This document shows, in pieces, positions 49,550-63,190 of a DNA stretch of 64,000 bases. Origin of the DNA: the human T2T-CHM13v2.0 reference genome, Homo sapiens; the NCBI RefSeq assembly GCF_009914755.1, contig NC_060930.1; one strand, written 5' to 3'. Within the stretch, counting starts at the first letter, position 1; each line of letters begins with the position of its first letter. Under the pieces are notes generated by a model, which saw only the letters and a program-made list of their open reading frames with translations, was not told the origin of the DNA and did no database searches. The translations under genes were made by a program, and so were the position numbers.

Positions 49550-50097
49550 GAGGAGTAGTAGGTAGGGTATATGAGAAGAACCAAGAAGGAGTCACTTTGT
49601 GGAAGCCCAGATGTAGGAGTTTCAAGAGCGGGGTGGTTAACAAGAGTCACGTGCCAGAAATGTCAAATGAAAAGAGGATGGAAATGAGACTGCTAAATTG
49701 ATCAATTAGGAAGTCATCTGTGACTTTTGTGAAAGTTACATCCCTGCTTTATGGGTTAGAGGTGAAACCCTGTGGTGATTAGGAGGTGACATAATAGAGA
49801 CTCAGAAGCCTAGACAATTTAGAAAAATTGACAGAGTAGTGAAATAGAGAGAGAAGAGGCTGTGGTTTGAGGGCAAAGCAAGTTTGAGGTTATGCTTTTT
49901 GCAAAGGATGGAGCTACTTAAGCCAAACATAGTATAATAGATGTAGAAAACTTGAATAACGATCCTGGCTGTGCCGCAAGCTATGATATGACCTTGAACA
50001 CGGCACTTCACATTTCTAGCCTTGGCTTTCTCATTTGTGAAACACAGAAGCTTAACCAAATTATCTCTAAGATTTCTTCCAGCTTTAGTGTTCTATG
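49550..50097. mobile_element. L2 fragment followed by MIR
   Basis: ggaagtcatctgtgactttt; MIR gaccttgaac...ttttctcatttgtgaaa...atctctaagatttcttccagct. Confidence 0.6.
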
Positions 50098-50360
50098 GTA
50101 TATTCATGAGTAAAAGGAATGTATAAATAAAATGGAAACAGTAAGGCAATTTGGAAATAAGATAATGCTTTCATCATAGATATACTATTATTTTTATTAA
50201 TCTACCTGAAATGCTAATCTTATAAGAAAGTTTTATGATAGAATGAAAGAAAAGTATTCAGTGAGTGCTTAAGATCAATCATTTCATGAAAAGTTTTGTT
50301 TTGTTTTGTCCAAACAACTCTTAAAATAATTTGGATGTCAAAATAGTGGTTGATATGGAT

Positions 50361-50827
50361 TGTGGTTAATTATAAATGGCATAAATTCTTCCATACTTCT
50401 CCCATCAAGAGAGAAGCTCTATGTCCCCTCCCTTTGAATCTAGATGGGCTCTGCAGCTGCCTAGCAATTGGAATGTGAGGAAATGATGCTGTTTTTAGGC
50501 CCTTAAGATATTAGAATACTGACACTCTGAACTCAGCTACCATGCTGTGGTGAAACCCAAGCAACCCTGTGGAGAGACCTGTGTAGAGAAGAAATGAGGC
50601 CCCCAGCCAACAGCTTTGGGTGAGCACTGATTTGCCAGCCAGTGAGTGAACCGTTTTGGAAATGGATCTTCAACACCAGTTGAGATATTCCAGCTGACAC
50701 AACATGGAGCAGAGAAAAGCTGTCCCTGCTGATCCCTGCCAAAATTACAGATTTATTGGCAAAATAAATGATTATTGTTTTAGGCCACTAACTTTAGGGA
50801 TGGTTGTAATGCAGCAATAAATAACCA
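50361..50827 (+). mobile_element. MaLR solo LTR, MLT1F/G-like
   Basis: ctcccatcaagag...cccctccctttgaatct...gccagccagtgagtga...gcagcaataaataac. Confidence 0.78.
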
Positions 50828-50882
50828 TGTCAAGAAGTTAACATTTATTCACTGATAATCATGTAAATGAAATCCAATTTGT

Positions 50883-51448
50883 ATAATTAATTCTGCTATC
50901 ATACCATATATGTATTCCTGAAATACCTTGCATTCTGTAAAATGGCATACTAATTGCACAGTGTTTATGAGGAAAATACAGTTAAGATAGTCCACTCAAA
51001 ACTTGTAGAATGTAGAGACCTCTAACTAAAACAATAATAATCTTATTAAATATACCAGTCATTGCAAATCTCCAATGGCATTTGTACTTATAATCACAGT
51101 ACATTCTTATCAGCCTAGTATCCTGGGGCTTGTGTTTTTTACTTGTAGTTTTACCACAGGGCTCTATAGAGTGGAAAGAATAGGGGTTCTTGGAGCCACT
51201 AAATCAGCTATTTTTTGCACTAAAAAAGGCTCTCTGCAAGATTTTTAGTTGTTTTCTTCCCTAATGTCTTCATATGTTGCTAAATATTTCTCTTTAACTG
51301 TGAAAAAGTTTGATACTATTGCCTCAAAATTAACCTTCTTGGAGATTCAAAAGTGAATCACTAAGACTTCAGTGTTTACTGATATTCTTTTTTACTTACA
51401 CATGTGCTAATTTACACTAAAGAAACACATGTAGCAGAACAGCCTGTA
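50883..51448. mobile_element. Ancient Tigger-type (TcMar) relic
   Basis: Degenerate terminal repeats ttctgcta...tagcagaa with TA ends. Confidence 0.4.
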
Positions 51449-51553
51449 TCCATAGTCAGCATGTAAAAGGCACAGGAATACATATAGTGATTGTAAAGGC
51501 CCAGTCCACGGTTGACATGGCTGCTTGTCATGGACTTGGGCCTTAGGACCTAC

Positions 51554-52054
<501 letters not shown>

Positions 52055-52520
52055 TCAAAATTTTCATTTAAATTTAGGCAAACTATTTTGTTGTTGACTT
52101 GAATCTACTATGGAGGAAGGTTCTGATATAGAAATATGTTCTAAAAGGATAACATCCATTGATACAGTGGTAAAATAAGATCTATTGCTTCTCGGATAAC
52201 TGAATCTGCCTGAATAGACTTAACTAACAGCTAAGATACTTTGATTTATGTCAATCATGTTATGAATTATTTCATTTTAGGAGGGAATAAAGCTTAGTCA
52301 GCACTTCTATTTATGAACACCCCAGTGACAACTTCTGGCATAAATTAAATAAACATAGGTTTAAATTAAATACAAAAATTATTACTGAATTTATTATTTA
52401 CTTTTAAAGACATTAATTTGTATTTATCAAACCCCCATAAATAAATACATAGGTAAATCTTTAAGTCATAAAAACAAATTTATAAAGTATGATCATGTTT
52501 ATATATATTTCTGAAAGTCA

Positions 52521-53054
<534 letters not shown>

Positions 53055-53559
53055 TCATTAGGAAACCAGAGGCATAGAAAAAAGGTCATTAATCTGAATG
53101 ATATATTGAAGGACAGTTGCAAAGGGTGCATCTTGCATGTTTATGTGATAAGAATAGTTATTAGGGTGGATTTTTAGGGTGCTCAGTTTTATTCTATAGA
53201 TTTGGACCAAGCAGGCTGGCTAATTATCTAAACCATTAGGGATAAAAATATGACTAAACTGATAAGAAACAAAATGACTAGAATAAATACTGGAACCAAG
53301 GATCATTTGTGGCAAACTTTCAACCTAAAGCCTGATTCTCAGAATGACACAGAGGGCTCAAAAGGGACAAGCCCCGAGTATCAGGTTGTCTCTGAGACAC
53401 TTGTGAAGTTGACCTTTTCTTGCCTATGAATTTCCCTGGCCCTTCGTCTTGTCTCAAGAGACCTTTATGAAGTTTTCTAGTGTTAAGAGTGCCTATCTTA
53501 GGCAGAAAACAGAACTGGCAGAAAATGACAGTTTCATGCCATGTTGTACTAAAATGGCA

Positions 53560-53940
53560 TTTCCAGTGTCCATCTACTTTGCCATTTACTGAACCTACTG
53601 AGGACTGCCCTCTGAGGATCCTAAGTGTGACTGATGATCTTGTTGACTTCTCTAGATCCACTCTCCCCTCCCCTCCCTGCTACTTTCTGCCCCAGAAGGT
53701 TGAATAATATGGACTATATCAATGGTTCCTTGGGCTCTGTCTTTGGCATGGCATACAACATTAGGCAACACTTCAAGTCTGGAGATAGTAATGAGGCTTG
53801 CTGCTTCTAGCCTCAGGGAACTCTCCTAATCCTTTGTGTACAGACAAACCTTTACAAATGGTCCCTTTATTAAACTCTCCTCAAATTATACTAATTTGAA
53901 TGTGCCATCTGTTTCTCGCTGAGACCTGACCAATTGACTA
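53560..53940 (+). mobile_element. ERVL LTR33-like fragment
   Basis: ccctttattaaactctcctcaaatta...tgtgccatctgtttc. Confidence 0.65.
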
Positions 53941-54252
53941 CATGAGAGAATATGTTTTGATTGTGCCAGGGTAACAGAACTGTCTGTGGGTTCTTTTCTC
54001 TGCCTTCGTTCTCCGCAGTTGACTTGGACTGAACTGAAACCTTTGGATTCTCCTAGAACTATCCTTGGTAAGAAGTGGGTACCAAAGACTCATCAAATGA
54101 GACACAGGAAGGAGTGAGAAAAGCTAGAAATGATACCATATGTATTCCTGTCACAGTAATGATCGACTTTAGAAGACCCAAGTTAAAATGACAGTTTCCA
54201 TGAGACATTCACATTCTTAGTCTCTGCCAAAATGAGAATAAACTCAGAACTA

Positions 54253-54558
<306 letters not shown>

Positions 54559-54801
54559 TTACATGCCTTGCAAAGAGAATCACTAGATTGCTACAAAGCT
54601 TCAGGATAGCTTCCACCTCTTTCCTGATGGGCTCGGAGAGAATATCCCACTTTAAAACATTTCAACATTTATCAGAAACTTAAAATATGAAAAAAGAATA
54701 AATATATCTTTTAGTTCTAAAATAGAATGGCAGGAGGGAGGTCAGTCCACCTCAAAGAAGGATTACTAACTGAATCAAGTGACCATAGATTTTTACTTTA
54801 G

Positions 54802-55113
54802 GTTTTTTTTTTTCTTTCTTTCTTTTATTTTTTTTTTGCGACAGGGTCTCACTCTGTTACCCAGGCTGGAGTGCATTGGCATGGTCATGGCTCACTGTAG
54901 CCTTGAAGTCCTGGGGCCCAGGTGATCCTTCTGCCTTATCCCCCAGCATAGCTGGGAACACAGGAAGGAAGTGGGCTAATTTTAAATTTTTTTGTAGAGA
55001 CAGAGTCTTGCTGTGTTGCCCAGACTGGTTTCAAACTCATGGCTCAAGCGATCTGCCTGCTGTGGCCTCCCAAAGTGCTGAGGTTACAGGCCTGAGCCAC
55101 TGTGCCCACCTAG
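54802..55113 (-). mobile_element. AluJ
   Basis: Diverged dimeric Alu. Confidence 0.88.
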
Positions 55114-55292
55114 GTCTTTTTGAAAAAGTGCTTTTTGTCAAAAAAGTTGCTGGTATTGACCACTATTTTTTGTGATCTTATAAGTCATGCCGTGCCAATC
55201 AGGAAGAAGGATGAATTATCCTTTCTTCTACAAATAGCCTCCTTTAGGAAGGTCTATGAAATAGCAATGTAAGATATAGCAGTAGGACAATA

Positions 55293-55552
55293 GTATATAT
55301 ATATATGTATATTATATATATGCACACAATATATATATACTATTATGCATATACACATATATGTAAAATATATATATATAGTATATATATGTAAAAAAAG
55401 TCCAAATTACCCATCCATATACCCATATATGGGTATGTGTGTATATACATATGTATATAGGTGTATATATACACACATATATATACACCTATATACATAT
55501 GGGTATATATACGTGTGTGTGTGTGTATGTGTATATATATATATACATATGT
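55293..55552. repeat. Complex (TA)n/(TG)n low-complexity microsatellite
   Basis: Seen directly. Confidence 0.93.
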
Positions 55553-56462
55553 GTTGTAACCAAGTCAAAGGTTCAGTTCTTAAGGCTATTTCTTTTCTAC
55601 TTTTTTAAAATAAGTATTTTTTAATTAAAAAAATACAACTTTAAATGATACATAATACTCTTTTCCCTCAAGCTGCTTTTAAAATAACATCTTAGAAGGA
55701 AGGTGTGAGAAAAGAGAAAAATAAGCAGGACATAGGTAACTGTATTTATTATCCTATTCATTAACTCAAAGCTTTTTTGCATGCAAAAATGAAACAGGAT
55801 TCTCTATGTCTCTGTCCTCAGGAATTAGGTTTTACCTTTAGTTCATGTCATAAATCTAGACAGAGTGATGTAGAAGTGTTTTAAAGGCCACAGAAACTGA
55901 TCACGTGTATTCTTGGTGGTTTTTCAGATGACACAATCATTTAGAGTCTATCGTTTGTTATTTCACTAGTCAATTACAGAGCCAAAGTTGATTCTTATTA
56001 CTGAGCTTTCCAAGGTATAGTGGGCCCTTTTCTCAGTTCACATTGACCTTGGAAAGGAGCAAATTAGTTTCTCTGCTTTATTCCAGACTTAGGTTGATTC
56101 CATGTATGTGTGTGCTTTCAGATAGACAACTGCCCATTACAAATGGCATTTAAGAAATAAATTATGCTTGCAGCACAGATAGTGTTTTTATGTTTTTCTA
56201 ACTATACCTTGAGTATGATAAAATCCTGTTCAGCTGACCAAGGAAATATTTACCTGTATCCCACATAGTGACTTTGATAAGAGAATTTTTTTTTTTTTAA
56301 CTACTGGACAATTGTTCAATTACTTCCATTTAAATAAGAAACCATCAAAAAGTAATGGGCTTATCCAAGACATTATATGTAAAAATTATTTGTGCAAAAT
56401 CAGTATATAAATTTGGGGGAGACGGGAATGTACTATATTTCAAAACTTAAAGTCCAAATTAC

Positions 56463-56483
56463 CCATCTTTTTCTTTCTTTGGT
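56463..56483 (-). CDS. IMPG1: IMPG1 exon 9, 21-nt microexon: (R)PKKEKD(G)
   Basis: tgaag|ACCAAAGAAAGAAAAAGATGG|gtaatt; phase 2/2; supplies the residues between LGF and SSSTEM. Confidence 0.92.
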
Positions 56484-57059
56484 CTTCATTTCATCATGCA
56501 CAATGGAAACATGAAAAAGAGAAAAAAATTTAATGACATTTATTGAGACATTCAATGAATTATTTTATATACAAAAGAAAAAAATATTTCTTTCCATTGT
56601 CTCTTTTGTTTGTTCAGAGCTTTGAAAGATTCATATAAACTGCCATCAGAATTTGAATGGAAACTTTGAGAGAGATATGAATCTAAGAAGTAAACATCAT
56701 TATATGTTTCTGATTAGGATTTGAGCCTTAGTTCAAAGATTATCTGCACTTTTGGTCTTCTTCTTACATTCCTTAATTTCTTCATATTCCATCTAAAAAG
56801 GCTGGAAATCTATCCTACATGTTTTACATTTTGGGGGGTACTGGTGCCAGAACATTTTAAAAAAGTATTTTGTAAATGGATTTCTCAGCTCTTACTGGCA
56901 TTAAATGATTAGTTTATTCCTGAAGATAATTTATCTGAGGCAAAACCGTGGAACTGGTGTTTTCTTGACAGATTATGTTTTGAATTGTTGCTATCAGTAA
57001 GCTTTGAGGGATTGATCCAATTCACCATGGGACAGCTTGCAAGAAAAACCACCACCTGT

Positions 57060-57250
57060 TTACTGGGTGAGTGGTCTGTACTAAACAATTTACATGCATT
57101 CTCATTTAATCTTTTCAGCAATGTAATCCCAGCTTCACAGAAAAGGGAACAGGCACATAGAAGGAAGTGTCAAATGGGAATTGCAGGGTTGAAATCCTGG
57201 CCTTCCTGACCTCAAGCCTGGCTCATTTTTCCATGCTACCACCTGCTTGT
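57060..57250. mobile_element. MIR
   Basis: tctcatttaatctt...cttcacagaaaagggaacaggcacataga. Confidence 0.55.
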
Positions 57251-57679
57251 GCATGAAAAAAGACCATTTAGTCACCAAACTGATGAACACATTTTGCACT
57301 CCTTTGGACACATGTATGAATTCAGTTTAGTAGCTATGTCCAGCTTTCTCCTTTTACATTTCAAATGGTAGTTGCTGCCAAAGACACTCTACACATGTGA
57401 TGGGATTGGGGTTGTTGCCCTTTCTGCCTGGACTATATTAACTAATGTAACTTTCATCCCCAGATATCATATGACTGAAATGTACATGCTACAGGCATGC
57501 CACAACCCTCCTTCTGCGGAGGCAAGGAAGAATCTAACTAGTGCTGCTGTATGGGTGAGACTTCCTTCTCTACCAACCAGACACTCATCCTCCCTCTTGC
57601 TTGTTTTCAGCAATAGTTTGTAATCCATGAGGTTCTGTAAAGAGGCCAGGCTTCCTGGGTCAAGACCCTAGTCCTTTTA

Positions 57680-58170
57680 ATTTTTAAATAATTGTTTTGT
57701 TGAGGTATCATTGTGATAAACAAATGGGACATATTTATGGTATACGATCCAAGAATTTTGATGCCATACACCTGTCAAATCATTACCACAATCAAGATAG
57801 TGAGCATATTCATCAATCGCAAAGCTTTACTCATCCTACTGTGCGATCCTTCCCCTTCTATCCCTATGTGCCTCACCTTCCTAAGCAACTGCTGATCTGT
57901 TTCCTGTTACTATAAATCAGTTTGCATTTTCTAGAGTCTATTATAAATAAAATCATGATGTACTTTTGTTTGGCTTCTTTCACTCAACGAAGTTATTTTG
58001 AGATGCACCCATGTTGTTGTGTATTCCAATAGTTCATTTCTTTGTTGAGAAGTTGTTTATGGCAAGAATATATGACAATTTGTTGCCCTGTTGATAGACA
58101 CTTGGGTTATTTCCAGGTCTTGGCTATTAAGAATAAAGAGGCTTTGAACATTTGTGCACAAGTATTTGAA
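57680..58170 (-). mobile_element. L1MD/L1ME 3' fragment
   Basis: accacaatcaagatag; gcaactgctgatctg; ggcttctttcactcaac; gacacttgggttatttcc. Confidence 0.75.
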
Positions 58171-60147
58171 GGAGTATACCCTCCAACAAGACTGCATGAT
58201 TGTTAATAGTTTTCCACCTTTGCTGAGAGATAAAGCAATATTTAAAGTGGCCCTTTCATTGTTCATCTTCATAATTGTGTTAATGATACATGTCCTAACT
58301 ACTTCCCAGTCACGTTGAATTCAATGAAGTCACTGATAAAAAAGTACTTGTTAAATTGTAAATCAACCTTTATACAAATGAGCTGGAGGACAGTCAGTAC
58401 CAGGAGACTCACAGGGTTTTTGGTCTTCTTCAGGGATCTGGCCCACAAAAAAGCAATTTCCTTAATAACATGTTTACTTTATAATATTCTGAGCATCATT
58501 ATTAATGGTTACAATTTTGCCACTGTCATGAGCACATTATTTATTGTATTCAAGGGCCAAAATATTTTATGGTGGACTAAATCTTCATGTCATCATGGAA
58601 ATCACTGGGAAAATGTGATCAAACTTACTTTGTAGGCATCTTTGGCAGAAATAATAATAAATCCTTACAAAGATAAGCACTTGGTAAAAATTCAGTGTCA
58701 AGAGATATATCTTTAAAATATTTACCTTGTAAAATTTCATCATCTAACATTTTGGTTTACTTCTAAAACAGATTTTTTAAACCTTTGTTTTTCATTTATT
58801 GAAGGGAGGTGGATAATGAACATTTTAATATTCACCAAAACAACTGTTCCCATCATTTCCTTCAGCTTTAAATTAAAAATTTGTTCTTCCACTGCAGTGG
58901 TTTATTCAGAAAACCTTTGCATTTATGCAGAATATTTTTCTATCAACTTTTATTTTTCTCTAATCCATCTGATTTCACAGAAAATACTACCGAGCAGCAT
59001 CTTGAAATAAAGAAAAATGAGTCTGCTTTGGTAGATATTAAGGGTTTCATCTTTTATAACTTTCACTTTTCAGTATTTCCTTTCTCTGGAGTTATACAAA
59101 TCAGAGGGGCCTGATAGCTTTGAAAGAAATAAACCATGAGAGCTCCCTGCAAAGCTATTTCTTTTTCTGGGCCTGTGGAGCCCTTGCTCTGTACATCTTC
59201 TTGCTTTCAGACAGTAGGCAGTGAAGGAGCCAGAAACACTTCTGGGGGAGCCCACGCTCCCTGGTTTACAAAGCTCGTTTGGGGCAAGAAATCTCATTCT
59301 GTTCATACCAGGGCTGATATTTACCCTGTGGCACATTTTAAAAATAGCATATTATGAGTTCATCTGTAGACGTTTTGAAAAATGAGAACTTACAAAAAAA
59401 GATTTAAAAATTATTTCCCCCAATCATGAACCCACATGAGAGTGTTGGGATGCTGAAGGATACAGCCCTCCTTGTGCCAAAGATGTGGGAATATGGTTAA
59501 ACCCTCTTTAGTGTGGCACTATCTTATGATCTTATTTTTTTATTTAAAATTTTAATTTAGTAATTTTTGAGTGGTAATAGATTACTATGAATCAGATGTC
59601 AAAATGACATAAAAGGTATATTTTAGAATGTCTTGCTTATGCTCCTATTCCTTTCCACCCCATTTTCCCAACTCTCCTACCTGGATAGCTATGACTTTTT
59701 ATTGTTCACTTGTCTCTCTTGGGAAGCATGGTTTGTTTAAATAGTGATGTTATTTAGCATCCCATAGGAAACCAGGCAATCAGACACCTGGTTAAAAAGG
59801 TAGGCAATTAATGTCTATCTTTTTTCATCTGTCTCTACTGAGGTATTTTCCTAAGAAGCTCATTCATAACCACATGACCAAAGACAGCAGATGAGCTCTC
59901 TATAGAGAGCACTATTTCTGATTCCCAGAAGAAGGAAGGAATACAGCTCCTGTGTTACCCCTTAAGAATCACCTAGAGTCATGTTCTAATTAGACAGTTC
60001 CTTTATCTGAAACGTACTCCGTTTCCAGGATTTGGCAGAGCTAAACAACTGGGGAAAAAGGACCTTATAATCCTTATGGCATTGTTTTTACAAAAGGATA
60101 GGAAGAAAGTAATTTAAAAATTGAGAAGAGTTTGATTCTCTTACTTA

Positions 60148-60264
<117 letters not shown>

Positions 60265-60548
60265 CTAACTGAAAAACCTGAACACTTTTGATGAGTTAGG
60301 GGAACAGCTGAAAATGGAAAATGATTATTTTTTCTTTTAAAAAAACTCTCCAAATTGATCAGATGAAAAAGAAAAATTGAAACAACTAAGGAGGCCAAAC
60401 TCTTTGTTCCTAGTGATTTCCAAAACCCAGAGGAAAGTGTTTTGCTATTTATTTAAAAGCTGTAACTGGATAGTTCTGATCTGCTCTTACGGTTACTTTA
60501 AATAAAATATAAAATAGCTTTAAGGTGGTATTTGAAGGAAACTTTTTT

Positions 60549-60895
60549 ATTTTATTTTATTTTATTTATTTATTTTTTTAATTACACTTTAAGTTTTAGG
60601 GTACATGTGCACATTGTGCAGGTTAGTTACATATGTATACATGTGCCATGCTGGTGCGCTGCACCCACTAACTCGTCATCTAGCATTAGGTATATCTCCC
60701 AATGCTATCCCTCCCCCCTCCCCCCTCCCCACCACAGTCCCCAGAGTGTGATATTCCCCTTCCTGTGTCCATGTGATCTCATTGTTCAATTCCCACCTAT
60801 GAGTGAGAATATGCGGTGTTTGGTTTTTTGTTCTTGCGATAGTTTACTGAGAATGATGGTTTCCAATTTCATCCATGTCCCTACAAAGGACATGA
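60549..60895 (-). mobile_element. 5'-truncated L1PA2-like element
   Basis: Near-consensus young 3'UTR (gctagatgacGAGttagtggg, cacaatgtgcac); lacks the Ta ACA/G diagnostics; TSD aaactttttt. Confidence 0.92.
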
Positions 60896-61649
60896 AAACT
60901 TTTTTGTCTACAGGAGTTTTACTTATACACATAGGGTAATATTTTCTGACTATAATTATAACTAGAGTTAGCTATAATATTTTAGCTATGATATTTTCTG
61001 AATTAATGATATGGTTTGGAAATTATCTATAATGTGAAAGGGATGATTACATTCAAAATGGCTGCTGTACTTAAAGTGGTAGAAATAGATTCTAATCTAA
61101 TAGATTAGATTTACTCTTAGATTCATATGGACTTCACAATAAATTTTCTTAATTAATTTGACCTTACTAATGAGGCCTGTTATAATATTTTATAATTGCT
61201 GTACTAACTAATCCTTAAGCTACTACAGCCTGGCCATTCTCTCCAGGCCACTGTCTCTCCAGCTCTCTCTAAATCCAGTGGCAATTTCTGTTCCCCCTCT
61301 ACAGTGTCCCTGCTCTTTCCTGGTTCTTCTTCCACCTCTCTGACCACTCTCTCCATCTTCATTGCTCCACCCTATTTCTGTATTTACTTTCTACTTAAAC
61401 ATAAGGAGCCTTCGAGTTTCCATCTTCAGCCTCCTGCTTCACTCAGTCACTCTCTCTTTTCTTCTGGAAGCTCGACTGTAGATGCTGTGCTAGGCTCTGG
61501 GGACACCGTCACATGGACAAGTACTGCCCCATCCAGCTTTCCTGTTGGAGACTGGGAGGCAAGAGAGACTGAGGAAGGGATAGTGGTTGAGTAGTGAAGC
61601 TTGGGAGAGAGAGCAGGGTGAAAGGTGAAACTGAACAGGTGAGCAGACA

Positions 61650-62720
61650 CCCATCCCTTTCCTCTCTTCCCTGTCCCCTCTCTCCTATCCTTGTCCCCGG
61701 GGGATATCATTTTCTCCCATGGCTTAATTGATCAGTGATACGCAGCCTTGAGTTCTCCACATAAATATCCCAACATTTGCCACTAAATGAATCTGCCCAA
61801 ACCAGAGCCATTCTCTTCTTCCCAAGTCTGCCTTTGTCCTCAGCCTCTCTGCCTCAGACAGGGTCATGAACCCCGACTGTCTTCCATTCTAGAAAGCGCA
61901 GCATCCCTAGATACCTTCCCTCCCACCCCCCACATGCAGCCACCGACTCTGGTTGGTTTGAATTCCACAAGGTCTTTTGTTTTCACCATGTTCTCATTCA
62001 CAGGTCTGGCATACCCTCCCTATCCCTACTCCTGCACTGCTGAAATGGGTTTATGTGTGTGAGTGGGCAGAGAAGAAATGGTTTTCTGGGTGTGTTGGGA
62101 GAGGAGGAAGGAGAAGGTATCTCCTTGACTACATTTATTCTGAAGTTAATCTTTTTACTAAGAATCTGTACTAACAGTTCATTGCTGGACCCATTGAACA
62201 AGATCCAACTGTTTAGAATGGCATTTAAGACCCTCCAGAATCTGCACCCCACCCCCAGGTACCTTACCATTCACTTCCTGCCATCATTATCCCCTTGGCC
62301 AATATCTTGTCCTTTACTGACACTAAACTGACCCCTGTTCCTTCCCACATACAATATACACTTCTATGTCTTCAAGTTCCTATGAATTATTTTCTCTTCA
62401 ATTTTTCCACCTTCTGCTTATTAACTTTCCCTCCTCCCCACACTGCACCCATTTTCAAAGCCAGCTCAGACATCTTCTGTACTGAAAAGCATTTGTAGAG
62501 CCCCAAAGTCAGGTTCAATTATTTCTTCTCTCTACTACTCTAGAGTTTATTGCAGTATACCCCATAAAAGTCTGTGAGGTACATGTCAGTTTCCCTCACC
62601 GAGATCATGCTCCTTGGCCATGTCCTGTTTATTCATTTTTCTTTACCTCCCTCATTCCATCTAGCAGATTGTCATACACATAGTAGGGACCCAGCACATT
62701 TTGTTTAATTCAGTTGAGTG
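61650..62720 (+). mobile_element. L2 fragments
   Basis: atcattttctcccatggctta; atggcatttaagaccctccagaatctg; cacatagtaggga..cag. Confidence 0.55.
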
Positions 62721-62989
62721 CATCTCTTCATTCTCTAAATTCACTACCATTCCACTGTGTTGTCACCACATCAAAAATTACTGCCAACTTTACATTGTTC
62801 GTGTGAAGGACTAGAGCAGTGATACACAGATAATCCCCAAATCACTTACACTGGGCTTTAGACTGCATTACAAATTTTTTCCCCCAGCAGACTGATTTAC
62901 CTTCTAATTATATACATATTTTTTGTGACAATATTAAAAGCAGTTTCATTCCCTGAACATAATAGGAATCACAGTGATGAAGGTAGCTC

Positions 62990-63190
62990 AGCTTTTGGGT
63001 GATCCAGAGCTCTTTGTACGGGATGGGGTTTAAATATTGGTTCTGCTACTTTCTAGCTGCAAGATCCTGAGTTTATTGCTTAATCTCTCTGAATCTTGGT
63101 CTCCTTACCCAAAAAGGAATAACAATGACAACTAATAAGTAACAAGTGCCTGGTACACAGCTGGGCAGTTAGTGATTTGTATTATTTACT
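62990..63190 (+). mobile_element. MIR
   Basis: ttctgctactttctagctg...cttaatctctctgaatct...gtgcctggtacacag. Confidence 0.6.

Noticed and set aside
60549-60895. Possible polymorphic L1HS-Ta insertion
   Set aside because: Has GAG rather than ACA/ACG and A rather than G at the 3'UTR diagnostic positions, so it is L1PA2-like
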